Positions 1 through 13,407 of a DNA stretch of 64,000 bases are shown piece by piece. How positions within the stretch are numbered: the first letter of the stretch is position 1; each line of letters begins with the position of its first letter. A program made the position numbers and the translations under genes. A model generated the notes under the pieces. That model saw nothing but the letters and a program-made list of their open reading frames with translations. It was not told where the DNA came from and ran no database searches. The DNA comes from Convolutriloba macropyga. Lineage: Eukaryota. The DNA is taken from positions 12,276,001 to 12,340,000 of the forward strand of contig NC_134471.1 in NCBI RefSeq assembly GCF_964194025.1, read 5' to 3'.

Positions 1-193
1 GGAAGAGATGGACTCGCAAATTTTATCCTCATTGGAGTCAAAGTTCGAAGAGATACTTTAACTGATAACCAAACTGAAAAAGGTAGCAAATATTTGGATG
101 GTAGTTGATTTAGTACACAAACGATGTGAGTAAAAAGGAGACGAACAGTTCGAGTTTGCAACGGCGGTGATGGTGTCGTATGATCGGTGAGAG

Positions 194-318
194 TCAAGAT
201 TGCCGACCGTGGTGAAACTGGTGCCAGTGTTCTATGATGGTGTTTCTGAGACCGAAAACAAGACCGGCGATGCTGGCGTCACCACTGAACAGAATTATGA
301 GCCATAAGAACAGCAGAC
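194..318 (-). CDS. Candidate terminal exon, hydrophobic peptide (G)LLFLWLIILFSGDASIAGLVFGLRNTIIEHWHQFHHGRQS*; parent gene uncertain
   Basis: Acceptor tattttag| before 318; phase-1 open frame to TGA at 196-194; GC-richer than flanks. No family recognised. Confidence 0.25.
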
Positions 319-790
319 CTAAAATATGGACTTTGAAAAGCTAGAATTTATGAAAATTCTAAATAAGTCAAACTTGAAAAAAAAATCACAAGTAGGGAAC
401 ACCCCCTTGTGTTTTCCTGCTGCAAATCAAATCTCTAATCTTAATTGTTTAAACCATAGCTGCAATTATAAAGCTCGTGCTAGGTGGTCTTCTCCAGAGC
501 TTTTAAGGAAGTTTTTTGCTTGTCTCGACCCTGAAATTTTAAGTGTATTGTAGTGAAGGGTCAATTTTGACCTATGTTATTATTATTACTTGTATTAAAA
601 TGATGTTTCATCAAAGCAACAGAACTTGAAAGACAATTTGGTTGTCACCAAAAGACTTCAGAAAAGTTTTTTGAGATAAATCTATTTTTGAAGCACTATT
701 TTTGCTCGATTGAGCATGGCTTGTCATAGGTTGAGGCTTAAATTAGGGTTATGTTAAAATTTTAGCAAAGAGATCTTGGCTCATTTTTCC

Positions 791-940
791 CTGCCATTGT
801 TGCCTGAGCTGCAATTGTTTGAACTCTTGGAATCTGTGAAGGTGTGAAAACATGTGTCCCAGACAAAAGGCAATCATCGGTTTCGCAAAACTGGTCCTTG
901 TAATTACGGGTTTGTTTTCGCCCCGTTCACTCACGAACTC
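791..940 (-). CDS. Exon 2 of D-2-hydroxyacid dehydrogenase (glyoxylate/hydroxypyruvate reductase-like) gene
   Basis: Acceptor tcacttcag|GAG, phase 0, matching exon 1. Peptide EFVSERGENKPVITRTSFAKPMIAFCLGHMFSHLHRFQEFKQLQLRQQWQ fits the family pattern vt...f...maE.vl..ml...R......Q...W. 3' boundary uncertain because no GT follows. Confidence 0.6.
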
Positions 941-1137
941 CTGAAGTGAGTACATGAAATAGCTTGCATCACCTTTAACGGCGAACCCGGAGGGAAGTGT
1001 CTGACGATTTATAGACAAGTACGTTTCTCGTTTTCGGACAATTTTAGCCTCGTGAATGAATACACTTCAACCTGTTAATTATCAGATTTTACTTCGTTAA
1101 TTATCAGACAATTCCAGACTAATTGCAGCCATGATAA

Positions 1138-2276
1138 CCCAGGCCTAGACCTCGACTTATGAAAAGACTTTAAAAGTCTAGTAGGGGGGGCAATATTGAC
1201 TATACTTACACGGTCGAGGTTCCTAGTAAAAGTCGAGCTAATATCTTTTCATGGGTCGAGCTAAAGTCTTTTCATAACGAAGAAAGTCCAGCTAAGGTCT
1301 TTTCATGGGTCCAGCATTAGTCTTTTAATAACCAGCAAAGTCGAGTTAAGGTCTTTTCATGCGTCCACCATTAGTCTTTTCATAAGTCTGTTTTTTTTCA
1401 ATATTCAAATTTTTTATTTGTTTCCTGCTTCTGTACATACAGAAGCAGAACCGGAGCAAGACTAAATAGTTTTGCACCAGAGCAGTCCAACTTAAGAATC
1501 AGTTGGAAATCTGCCAAAAGCCCATTATTTAAAAAAAAAATAGCTAATAATTTTGGTAAGGAAAACAAACTGAATAGCGCCGAAATTTTTTCATGGCTAA
1601 TGGGACTAGGACCAATATTCTTAAGCTAGCTGGTTTCATTGAATCAAGTAATGTGGTAATATACTGGAAATGTGGTAATATACTAAAAGTTAAAGAGTTT
1701 TTTCAGATCGAGTATATTACCACATTACTTGATTCAATGAAACCAGCTAGCTTAAGAATATTGGTCCTAGTCCCATTAGCCATGAAAAAATTTCGGCGCT
1801 ATTCAGTTTGTTTTCCTTACCAAAATTATTAGCTATTTTTTTTTAAAATAATGCAGGTTTTTGAGGTATTTATGGTTCTTTTGAATCGTAAAAGGTGCAT
1901 GATCACATATGCTGACTACGTTATATGCAATATTGCATGCAAAACGTTAATGGCAGAAAAACAGACTTATGAAAAGACTAATGATGGACCCATGAAAAGA
2001 CTAATGATGGACCCATGAAAAGACTTTAACTCGACTTTGTTTGCAAACATTGTGTCGAGCTTAATTCCAGCACAAACTTTGGGTCAAGCCAAAGTCTTTT
2101 GTAAAATTTAGGGTCCAGCTAAAGTCTTTTGCAAAAAAATCTGAGTCGAGCTAAAGTCCAGAATGCCTTAAAGTCCAGCTAAAGTCTTTTCCTAGCTCAA
2201 ATGAGTCCAGTATGGTCTTTTCATAGCACATTTTTGTCGAGCATTGTCTTTTCATGAGTCGAGGTCTAGACCTGGG
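1138..2276. mobile_element. Non-autonomous TIR DNA transposon (CACTA/EnSpm-like), 1139 bp
   Basis: ~31-bp TIR cccaggcctagacctcgacttatgaaaagac / gtcttttcatgagtcgaggtctagacctggg; 2-bp TSD AA; many subterminal gtcgagctaaagtcttttcat repeats; no transposase. Confidence 0.8.
1523..1853. repeat. Long near-perfect inverted repeat (143-bp arms 1523-1665 and 1711-1853, 45-bp spacer)
   Basis: Arms are reverse complements apart from the poly-A/T tract. Confidence 0.95.
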
Positions 2277-2862
2277 AAGACTTTACCTGGTTCACAATCT
2301 TTCTTTATCCAGACTTTAAAACCACCTTGTATTTACGAATGTCCGATCATTAACGCACACTTCAACCTCGGTACAGTTGAAAACGGACACGGAAAAGTTG
2401 TAATGAATAGTAAAAACAATTGTAGCAACAGAAAACAATGTACCGTGTCAAACTGTCCACAGTTCAAAAATGGCTAAATGGTAAAATAGTGGAAAAAGTC
2501 ATTTTCGACCAATAGATCATCAGCTTTGAACTGCGGAAACTTTTGAGCAACGCTGAAAAATACAAAAGCTGGAGTTAAAATTTAAAAATTTTCATTTAGT
2601 TGTTCAAATATCAGAAAAAAGGCAATTTGTTTTAATGCAACTTTAGTCGATGGGAGATTAGATCCCTCGTTGGCATAAATGTAGGCTGTTATCCTTTTAC
2701 TGCACAAAATCCAATTTGAAGTACTGCTAAAAACGCTTGCGCGCGAGAGTCGAAAGCAATTAATTTTAGCGTACAGGTAATTTTTGTTTAAATTGAGGTT
2801 GCAGGTACTTGACCAGCTGGTCGCAGAAGCATGCTGCAAGAGCAAATGAGGTTTCTAATACT

Positions 2863-4723
2863 CCCGGGTTGATCATCATACAAAAATTCTCGTAATCATA
2901 CAAGGTCATATTTGATCCCCGGTTATCATAAAAAGTCATATATGATTTGTATGATATCCTGGTAGCATACAAGGGTCATACAACTTATTTAAAGATGCTT
3001 AAACAGTCACAATTGTCAACCCCAACTCGCCTTAATTAAGTTGAAATCAGTTCAAATTATCCCGAGAATGGTAATCATTTTTCCTGGTAATCGTACAAAG
3101 TCATTAATGATATTACGAATTCCTTGTAGCCATACAAGGATCATAAATAGAAATTAATTTTTTCAAGAGAAGTAAACCAAAATAAAAGTCAGTCACGCTA
3201 CAGCATTTTTATGTCGCTTCACTCTGAAAATGAGAAATGAACATGATTGTGTGATTACACCATAATCATGCAAATTTCACAACAAGAAGTGTCAACATGA
3301 AAAATTGCCCTTATTTTCAAAAAATCACATGAGTAGGCCACTAATCCAACTGAAACACAAGTTTAATGAAAAAAATTACGTAGACAATAGGTAGCAGCTT
3401 GAGCGGACCGCAAAAAATTTCCGGAGAGATTTGCACTTAATGGCCACTCTTTAATTAAAAGAGAAAAAAAAGTGGAATCTCGGTTTTCAGAAACACTTAC
3501 ACCAATGAAGAGCCACAAGTTGTACTTTTACCAGCTGACGGCAATAGCTTTAGCTCAGGGTCAGGGTTCCTTTTAAAATTAACATGTGGTTAAAATTTTG
3601 TTTGCCCCAACCAAATGCAGTTTCGAAGTAAAAAAAAGTTAGGTTTAATGTTGCAATCTTTTCCGTCAATACGTTTGGTCTCTGGATATGAATTTTACAA
3701 GGAGATTTTGAATTTAAAATATTGTCATCTAAAATTTTCCTTTAAAGATTGCGATAGATTGAGAAACTTCTTAAAAGTAAAAAGGAAACCAATTGTTTTT
3801 CCAGAAAAAGACAAATTTGTATCTGGAAAGAGTTTTTCTGGCTCCAACATAACAATGAAAGGAGAAACAAAGTTTTTTTGTTCATATAGCAGTTGCTTTG
3901 ATTTTAATTTGTCGTTTATGTTGTGCATTATTTGAACAAACTAAGATCTCCTGCCCGGAAAATTTCTTGGTTTCTCTCCTTTTTTTCTTGGTTTCCTCCT
4001 TAAAAGAAATAGGTCTCCTTTTTCTTCAAAAATATAGCCTGTTTTTTTTTCGTTAATTTCTCTCCAAAATGACTTTTTTCTGTTATTTTGTACTTCGCTG
4101 GACTGTACCAACTGTACCAGTTATATAATCTATACCAAAATATTTGAAACTTTCGTCCGAATGTGAAAATTCCAAAAAATTGGAATTTTTTAAATAGGAA
4201 ATCGATCTTTAGCGAAGTTTTGACATAGAAAATGCAAAATTTCGATCGAAAATGCGTGTGTTACAATATTTATTACTATTCGTTTGAGTAAATATTGCTT
4301 TCAGTTGAATTTTGTCATAATTTCTTCAGGTTGGTGTGCATTTGTATTGAGGGACACTTTTGAGTTAAGCAAAAACCTGGCTTTATTCACGAGCTTAGTT
4401 CATAACGTGTTTAGTAGTTTAATATATGTTTCTCACAAGGAAGCTTATCGTTTCATTGGCGTATATTCTCCAAATGATGTCCCTGTAATTATTCATCGGT
4501 CATAAATGGTTTCCCACTATTCATAAAAGTGTCATAACTTCATAACTTTTTATGATATCCTAGTTGTCGTACAAGGATCACATCATATATGATGTCCCGG
4601 TAATCTTACAGAATCATTGATGATTTCCTAGCAATCATACAAGGATAGTACTAAGAAATAGCGTACGATTTTTATGACTTCATATTTGATCCTTGTATAA
4701 CTACTAAGAAGTAGCAACCTGGG
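2863..4723. mobile_element. Non-autonomous TIR DNA transposon (CACTA/EnSpm-like), 1861 bp
   Basis: Termini cccgggttg...caacctggg; 2-bp TSD CT; subterminal atcatacaaggatc-type repeats at both ends. Confidence 0.7.
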
Positions 4724-5407
4724 CTGATAAAATTTGGTTAAATCCAGGAAATGGGCAGAAAAAAAACTAAACTAAAGCTCAGAATTTTTCTATGAGTTTT
4801 ACATGAAATGTCTATAGATATCATGATCAAAACTCTGGGCATTGTAAATTTTATAATAAATGGGTACGATTAATTAGTGAATTTTCACGTAACTCTGGAT
4901 CAGCTTGAAACACGACCTAGTTCACTCTTTCTCTTTTATCCCCAACTTTCAACGGTTGAAATAGTCTGGACTAAATGATGACATAAAGTAGACCTCCGAT
5001 GTATCTCCTCACTCCGAGCCCACTCTTTTACGTTGAAAAACCGTGTTAGATCCTATTTATAATTTTTGGCGGCTGAATAAAAGCTGACGGGATGGGTAAA
5101 GAAACGAAAAAAATTCATTTTTTGCCCGCATGGTTAATATTTTTAGCACGAAGCGTAAAATTATTCAATGGGAAAATCATGGTTCACGACCGATTATTGT
5201 TATTAATATCAGTTCAGTTTGAATCGTCAATGGAACCCCACTCGCTACCATCTGGGATAAATCTTTGAGTTATTTTTCCTGTATTCGCTCCCAAGTATTT
5301 CATGCTACTGATTTAAAAAACATGCGATGAGAAATAAAATTTTTTTCTCCCCTCTCATTGGGTGATACAATAATAAAGCATAGATGAAATTTAGAGCTGT
5401 GATGTAC

Positions 5408-5704
5408 CTTGAAATGAGGGTTTTCCATCAACAAATTAACTCCAGCTGTGGTCGCATGAATCCATTGTAAATTGCTCCCTCTCAATGCTGACCCAAATTT
5501 TTCAGTCTCAAAAGTATCAGCAATTAAAATATCGCACGACCCAACTGTCATTTGCTTGCTCTCCGCGGAAGATTGATCTAGATTTAAAAAGTGGAGATCA
5601 AATTTTGGGTCAATTCGATTTCGTAATGTTTTTTGCGCGTTCGGGTACTTTGTGAATGTACCGCACGTACAAACGATAGATCGCAGGTTTTTAATCGTTT
5701 TCAT
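5408..5704 (-). CDS. Exon 1 of D-2-hydroxyacid dehydrogenase (GHPR-like) gene, 99 codons
   Basis: ATG at 5704; motif CDILIAD...NLQWIHATTAGVNLL typical of the substrate-binding domain; donor AAG|gtacat, phase 0. Confidence 0.75.
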
Positions 5705-6554
5705 CTTAAAATTTTGACGGAACAAAACACGCTATGTGGTAGAAAACTTTAACTTTGTCGATATTAATTATATATCAACCGTATATCAGCCCACTAAGCA
5801 TTTTCTTATCAAGGTTACCAAATTCGGGCTTCTAAACAAATCAACCCAAAACAAACAGATATCTTGGCGAGATCATTCTTTCACAACCTATTTCCCCCTA
5901 TTTTTAGTTTAGAAAACTAATAGGACTATAACCTATTAATTAATCTTTCACTAGCTTATCAAATAAGCTATCGTGGCTTCACGCTGAGTTCGCCTCGTCA
6001 GTAAACAGTTGCAAGGTAACGAGTAGTGAAATCAGATAATCACGTTGCAGTTAGTACATTTTATTGCCAAATTAACCCAAAAAACGTGTTGTTCACGATC
6101 GGTTCTTAAGATTTAAATTGAAAACATGGTTGGACAATCTTTAAGTGGCAAATATTGCATGTCTAAAATAAAATTACTGGATTTTTTCACTGTTTTTGAA
6201 GACCATATTTTAATATTAAGGTTTTAAGGGTGCGTAGAAATATGTGACAGCAGTCAAGATTTGTTCAAAGTTATTTCGAGTTTGTGTAAGTCCGTCACCA
6301 CTTTCACGATGCTTGGTTTTGGACTAGCGTAAAAAATATTGACAATGTTTTTTAAACTCTTTTCAACATCATGTGTCACCTTTGTCCTCGTTTGCAGTTT
6401 CTAACAACTACGATAATGTCGATTTGATAAAACGAGAGAAAACATAATTGGAATTAGCTTCAGAAATCTGGTTCCCGATACTAATTGTGGATAAAGGAGT
6501 CAAATAGCCAAAATTGAAATTAACCGTTTCTAGGTTCACAAGCACAAATAAATC

Positions 6555-6756
6555 TGAATACAAGTTCATTTCAATATTTTTGATTACTAGTGAAGCTCTG
6601 CTTCAACGCTTTATTTGCTTATGTATAGCTATTTGAATCCAAACGGAAACAAACTTGTCGATGTGAAAGTTACAATTCTTGTGACTTTGTTAAAGCACGT
6701 GGTAATTCTTGGTTACAATTTTGTTGAGACCTTGAAAGTTCTTTTGACCTTGAACA
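6555..6756 (-). repeat. 3' LTR of BEL/Pao element
   Basis: Matches 17975-18176 with 7 substitutions; preceded on minus strand by purine-rich aggaggccgggaaa (PPT, 6757-6770). Confidence 0.95.
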
Positions 6757-6990
6757 TTTCCCGGCCTCCTTGAACTCGTTCAATTGTGACATCTGTGGGC
6801 TTCCTTTGTTGTTATCCTGCGAGTACACTTGAGGGTACAAAGAAGATTATTTTGTTGAAACTGACAACTTGGTTTTTGTGAAAATTGTCAGAAATGTTAT
6901 CAATTTCATATAAAACTGATTTGGTACATGTTGTCGAAGCTGTGATGAAACCAATTGAGAATCGTCGGGTTTTTCTCAAAATTCATTGAT

Positions 6991-9900
6991 TTAATCTGCT
7001 CCACGATCTTCTGGTTCTTCTCGATGAAGGGGTATGAGGCGACTGACTGGTCTGATGTAAACTCCAGTTTGTGTTTTCACTTCAACAACACGAACAATGT
7101 TGTCATTACCGTCGAATGTCTGTACTATACGAGCAAGCGGCCAACACATTGGGGGAGTGTTGTCTTCTTTGATGATCACAATATCGTCTACTGCTGGTTG
7201 TACGTTTTCTGTCCTCCATTTGTTCCGCTGCTGCAATGAAGATAAGTATTCGACACTCCATTTCTTCCAGAACTGACGAATCATTTTGTCTATGTTTCTC
7301 CAATGTCGTGACAAGGTGTTGTTCTTTGGTGAAGATGGCTCGGGTATTGATGTGATGGGTCTTCCGATGATGAAATGTCCAGGGGTTAAAGCTAGGGGAT
7401 CGTTGATGTCAGTTGATGGCGCTGTTAAAGGGCGAGAATTGAGGATTGCCTCAATTTGAGTCAGGAGAGTTGTGAAGGTCGTGACAAGGTGTTGTTCTTT
7501 GGTGAAGATGGCTCGGGTATTGATGTGATGGGTCTTCCGATGATGAAATGTCCAGGGGTTAAAGCTAGGGGATGGTTGATGTCGGTTGAGGGCGCTGTTA
7601 AAGGGCGAGAATTGAGGATTGCCTCAATTTGAGTCTGGAGAGTTGTGAAAGCACTGGTTGATAACCTAGTCGATCCAACTGTTCTGTAGAGATGGCGCTT
7701 CATAGACTTAACAGCTGCTTCCCACAGTCCTTCAAAATGCGGCGTCCTGGGTGGTATTGTAAACCAATCAATGTGATTTTGGCTTGCAAAATTGTTAATG
7801 AGATCCTTGAACTCTTCACCACGAAGAAGTCGCCTGAATTCGAGTTCTCCTCGGGCTCCTATGAATGTTGTCGAATTGTCACTGTAGATTGCTTGGGGAG
7901 TACCGCGTCTTCCGGTGAATCTCTTGAGGGTATCGAGGCAATCTTCTTTGGTTAGATTTTCCACTGGCTCTAAGTGTATCGCCTTTGTGGTGAAACAAAT
8001 GAATATAGCTGCGTATGAATTTTGCAGTTTCTGTGAAGAATCTTTGGTGTAAAACGGTCCACAATAGTCCATCCCAGTGAACTGGAAGGCAAAGGATTCA
8101 ACTATCCGTTCTGCTGGCAGATCTCCCATTAATGGCTGGCGTATGCGGGCGTCAAATCGTACGCAGGGCTTGCAGTTGTGAATAACCTTCTTAACACTGG
8201 CGATTCCTCCAGGAATCCAAAATGTTTGTCGGAGGGCAAAAAGGGTCATCTGGGTTCCCCTGTGAAGGTTTCTCAAATGACTTTCTCGGATGAGTAACTC
8301 GGCTAGTGGAGATGTTTTTGGAATTATTATGGGGAACTTTTTGTCCACGCTATACGGCGAATTTGCAAGACGACCATCAACGCGGATGACGTTGTTGTCT
8401 TTGTCAAAGAATGGGGAGAGGCTGAGTAGATGACTGTTCTTCTTGATACGCTTACTGGATGATTCAACTGGTAGGTTTGAAGTTGAGTCTTCTGGTATTG
8501 TTGATCCTTTTATATACTTGAATTCCTGCAGAAAGAGTTGTTGCATGATGCTGTAAAGGGCTATCCTGGCTGAACGGAGATCCGATGGGGAAAATTGATG
8601 ACAAACACCCATTTGTCTTTTTGCTGTCATGTGTTGCTTCTTCTTCTTAACTGTTGATAGAAGGCTTGTTGGCGGCGATGAAACACTTGCTGATAAATCC
8701 GTCTGTAGCTGATAAACAGATTCGTTCTGTGATTGTTGTTCCATTGATTTGTATTGTTTTTGTTGCGTTTCATTTAGACATTGATTATTGAAGTGCGGAT
8801 GCTGTTTATTCGGGTTAATAAAGGTGTGCAATTCATGATAATCTTCTGGTGTTGAAAGAAAATTGCTGGATTGTGGAACCAAGTCTGTCGGTGTTGACTG
8901 GATTTCAGTGGTTGTTTGCTGAAGTCCGTTCATACGTTCCGTAGAATTCTCTTCCTTTGGTTCTGCGTGCTCGAAAGAGAGAGGGGGCTGCGGGTACAAA
9001 TCTGCTTCTTGACTGCGGTGATGATTGTTTGGCTGTAGGGATTGGTCTTTATGGCTGCTCTGAAGAAAGGGCTGTGGTTGTTGGGAATCGTTTCGATAGC
9101 AGATATTCTGCAGATGAGGTGCGTCCGGATTGTTGCTGGATAAACTCGAATCTTCGCATGGGTTTTCCTGCTGGTTGGTTACGAACAATTTTTCTTTGAA
9201 ATTGTTTGAAGATTGGTCTCGGGGTTTCATCGTGTGTTGTAGATGCTGACGATCTTGGTCGTTGTCAGAAGACTTTAGCTGAACATTCCCGTGCTGTTCT
9301 CTGTCGGAAACTGATTTTGGTTTTGGTTTTTCATACGTATTTGAATGATCAATTGCGGGTTGCGACTGACTGTAGTTGTTGCTTGACCTTCTATTTATTC
9401 TTGCTTTTAGTCGTTGAGTGAAAAGTTTGACGTAAGCGGAAACTCTTACAAGTCAATGCATTGACGACTGTCGGCTGAGAAGATCTAATATCCTGTTGTC
9501 TTGCTGCTGATGCTGCATTACTAGAGATAGTTGGGCTGATGAGTTTACTTCGGCTAAAGCGTCAGTTGAGGCGTTATAGAGAGGTTTAGCATCCAATGAA
9601 GTCCAAAACTGCTCGTCTTGACGCAGCCAATTGGGTCCCTTCCGCCGAAGTTGGTGATTAAGAAGTTTGTCGGCTGAAATTCTTCGTGATGCGCAATCGG
9701 CTGGATTGTCTTCGGTTGGTACAAACCTCCAATTTTCTGAAGGAATGATGCTCTGAGTCTTGGCAACTCGGTTAGCAACGAAAGTCTTCCATTTTTTGGG
9801 GATATCTTTAATCCAGGCAAGGGTCACTTGTGAATCGGTCCAAGCAAAGACTTTGGGATTGGGAAAACGGTTGTCAATGATGTCTTCTTTCACTGCTTGG

Positions 9901-12900
9901 GACAATTGAGCTCCAAGAGGTGCTGCACAGAGTTCTAAACGTGGAACACATAAAGTTTTGATTGGGGCAACGCGTGTTTTGGCTGTTAGCATTTGTGTGT
10001 GCACTCGGTCGTCCATTTGCTCTCGCACGTAGATAACTGCGGCATACGCTGTGGTTGAGGCGTCGCAAAACACATGAAGCTCCAAAGATGATTAAGAAGG
10101 TGCTGCAAAAACTCTTCGTTCAAGTTTGATCTTCTCCAGTTCTTGTAGTTCATGTCGAAATCTTCCGTATAGTTCCAGGATGTTTAATGATAGGGCTTTG
10201 TCCCAGGTCAACTTATCCATCCAAAGAATTTGCAAGAAGGATTTCAATTGAATTGTTGTTGGTGACAACCATCCGAGTGGGTCAAACAACTTTGTGACTT
10301 GCGATAATATTTTCCTCTTTGTGTTGGGAAAGTCTTTGTCTAGGCAGACTGTGAATGTGAAATGATCTGGAACAGGGCTCCACTTTATTCCAAGGGTTTT
10401 GACTGTGTAGTCGTTGCTGTTGATGATCATTTCGTCTGAACTTTCGCGAAAACTGGAAGGCAATCGCTCAACAAGTGACGAAACACTTGATGTCCATTTT
10501 CGTATATCAAAACAAGCATTTTTCAGTGTTGCGATGATTTCGTCCTGCAATTGAGCGGCGTGCTCAACATCTGAGGCTCCTGTTAGCGAATCGTCCACAT
10601 ACATGTCGTTATTGATTGCAAGCCGCAGGTTGCTGTTGGAGCAACTGTCTGCTAAGGCTTTGAGAGGTCGAATTGAGTGGTACGAAGATGATGCTTTTCC
10701 ATAGGTCACTCTTGTCATTCTGTATGTTTTCAGTTCTGTGTCATTTTGATTTTTCCACAGAACCCTGTGAAAATCCTTGTCTTCATCGTCAAGTTGAACT
10801 TGTCGGTACATCCTGGCAATGTCTGCAGATAGTGCTACCTGATGAAACCAAAAACGAATCAGAATTCCAAACAGATCCTTTTGAAATTGCGGTCCAACCA
10901 TTAGACGGTCGTTTAAAGATACTCCGCTGGCTGACTTAGCTGAGGCATCGAATACGACTCTTAGTTTAGTTGTGCTGCTGGCGTCTTTGATGACACAATG
11001 ATGTGGCAAGTAGAAACAGTTTGTTGCAGGCATATGAATTCTATTTCTGGGAACTTTTTCCATGTGTCCAAGTTGAATGAATTCCTGAATGAACTGACTA
11101 TATCTGTTGTATACGTCTGGTTGTTTCTCCAATCGGAAGATGAGGCTGCGTAGTCTTCTTTTCGCTTGATGATACGAGTCGCCCAGGGGTTTGGCGTCTT
11201 CTTTGAAAGGGAGTTTCATAACAAATCTTCCCTCTGAGTTGCGTCGGGTGGTACTTTTGAAGTCATCTTCGCATTTCTGTTCTTCTGATGTCCACTGTGT
11301 TGCTGTCGGAATTTCTTCTATCTCCCAGAATCGATCCCAGAATCTTCTTTTCAAGTTGGCCCTCACGTCCAATCACGAGCCAACCAAAACAAGATAGGCG
11401 GTAGGTAATTGGATTTGAGGCTCCTTGATTCTGTTGTCTCCAATCATCAACTCTTCATAGTGTCCTGCTCCAATTATCAAGTCTACGGTGGATGGCTGAT
11501 TGAAGTTTGGGTCCGCAAGATTGAGGTCCTGAAGTGTTGTCCAACTGCTGACATTCACATGATGCGAAGGTAGATTGCTGGTCAGTTTTGCTAAGACAGT
11601 TGCTCTGATGCTGATGAAGTTTTCATCCTTCGTTTTCAGAATCAAGTTTACTGATCCTTTGCTGTTGTTGACTTCTTGAACTCCGAGTCCAAAAACCCGT
11701 CCGTCAGCTTTCTCTTTTCTCAGTCCAAGGCGTTGTACTGCATCTTCCATGATGAGGTTGCTTTGGGATCCTGATTCTAGAATGGCTCTGATATCAGTTG
11801 CTTTTCCGTTGTTGTCGACTGAAACGATTGCGGTGGGAAGAAAAACTTCTTCTTCTTCTTCATTCTGCGACTGTGCTGCGGCTGTAAATTTTTCTTTGCT
11901 TTTGTTGACTGTTCTCGATGCTTGATTGCTTACTTCTTGTGGTGACGTGCTGCTAGTTGTCACTGTTGGTGCTGTTGAAGTTGTCCTCGAGTTGTTATTG
12001 GCTTCCAAATGCAAAAGACTGTTGTGCTTTTGTTTGCATTTCTTACAAGTTGAACCGTTGCATTGTTCACTTCGATGTCCAGGGCGTAGGCAGTTGAAGC
12101 AAAGTCCTTTTGTCTTGATCAACTGAGCTCGGTCCTGTACTGAAAGTGCTTTGAAACTTTGGCATTGACAAATTTTATGGTTTTCGTCGCAACATTCACA
12201 CGTTGTGGTCGCTGATGTAGCTATATGTGAAAGGAATTTTCACAGTTGTGGGCTGCTTGTGGGCTTCTTGTCGATGGCTGATGCTGACTGCTGTGTGGCT
12301 GCTTCAAGGGCGCGTGTTCTTTCTTCCATGAAGTCTTTCATATCATGATAGCGTTGGGGATCTCTTCCTCGTGATGAAAGTTCCCAACATTTTCTCGTTT
12401 CGGCGGGAAATTTCTCTGCAATGAGGTACACGAAAAAGATGTCCTGATCGTCCACGGGCTGTCCAAGGCTCCTAAGCGCTAATCTGTGTTCTTCGACTTT
12501 CTCCATGAGATCTCGAAGTGCCTTTGGGTTTTCAATTGTTACCGGTTTCTGTGAAACTATTGCGTAAACATGGGCTCGCAAAATCAGACGTTTGTTGTCG
12601 TATCTGTTCCTCAGGATGTCGCATGATGTACTGAAGTTTGCGTCTGTGATTTGGAGAAAGGTCAAAAGCTTTGCGGCATCTCCTTTCACTGATGTTTTTA
12701 GATACTGCAACTTTTGACTGTCTGTTATCTGGCTGTAGCTTGTCACTGCTCCGTTGAATTGGTCGAAGAAGGACGTCCATTCCTTGTAGTCTCCACAAAA
12801 AAATGGCAATTCCAGCTTGGGCAGTTTTACATTGGTGATGGCTGGTCCAGTTGCCAATCGTGGTGTTGAACTTCTAGGTGGGGTTCTTTTGTAAATGATA

Positions 12901-13198
12901 AAGCGGTTAATTAGGTCAACATGTTGTCCTATCTTGTCGTCGTAATCTTCTGATTCTTCGATTTTTTCGTCGAGTCTGTCGGTGTCATCAATCAGGTTTT
13001 GAACTTTCTGATTCATGTCTGACAGGTACAACTGTTTTTTGTCAACAATGCCGAGATTTGTTCCAGTCGTATGAGCTCCTCTTCACTGACATTTTGTCCA
13101 GGTCTCTCTGTAATTGTTTTGGCTTCGTTGTTTAATCTGATTGCAACAGTGCGGTGGGCTGTTCTTGACTTTTTCAATCTTTCAGGGTTTTCTGTCAT
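6991..13198 (-). pseudogene. Complete but frameshifted gag-pol copy of the BEL/Pao element (gag, PR, RT, RNase H, INT, C-terminal DUF5641-like domain)
   Basis: ORF fragments 13013-13198, 12240-13031, 11373-12122, 10092-11372, 9453-10085, 7461-9230 and 6991-7314 in canonical BEL/Pao order, broken by stops and frameshifts. Confidence 0.9.
7305..7650. repeat. 173-bp tandem duplication inside integrase (frameshifting)
   Basis: gtcgtgacaaggtgtt starts at 7305 and again at 7478. Confidence 0.93.
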
Positions 13199-13407
13199 TG
13201 TTGAAGACTTTTGTTTGGTGCTTTGTTGTTTGTCTGTTTGTGGATTTGTTAACTAATTAGTTGCTTTTTCTTTGTTGTCTCGTTGCCTTTGAGGTGTTGG
13301 TCTTTGCTGTGTCTTTGTCTTTGCTGTGTTGGTCTTTGCTGTGTCTTTGTCTTTGCTGTGTTGGTCTTTGGTTTGGGTGTCTTTGATTCAGATGACTGTT
13401 GCTAGAT

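Noticed and set aside
2495-2530. Minus-strand CTGATGA...CGAAA hammerhead-like motif
   Set aside because: Stems I and II cannot pair.
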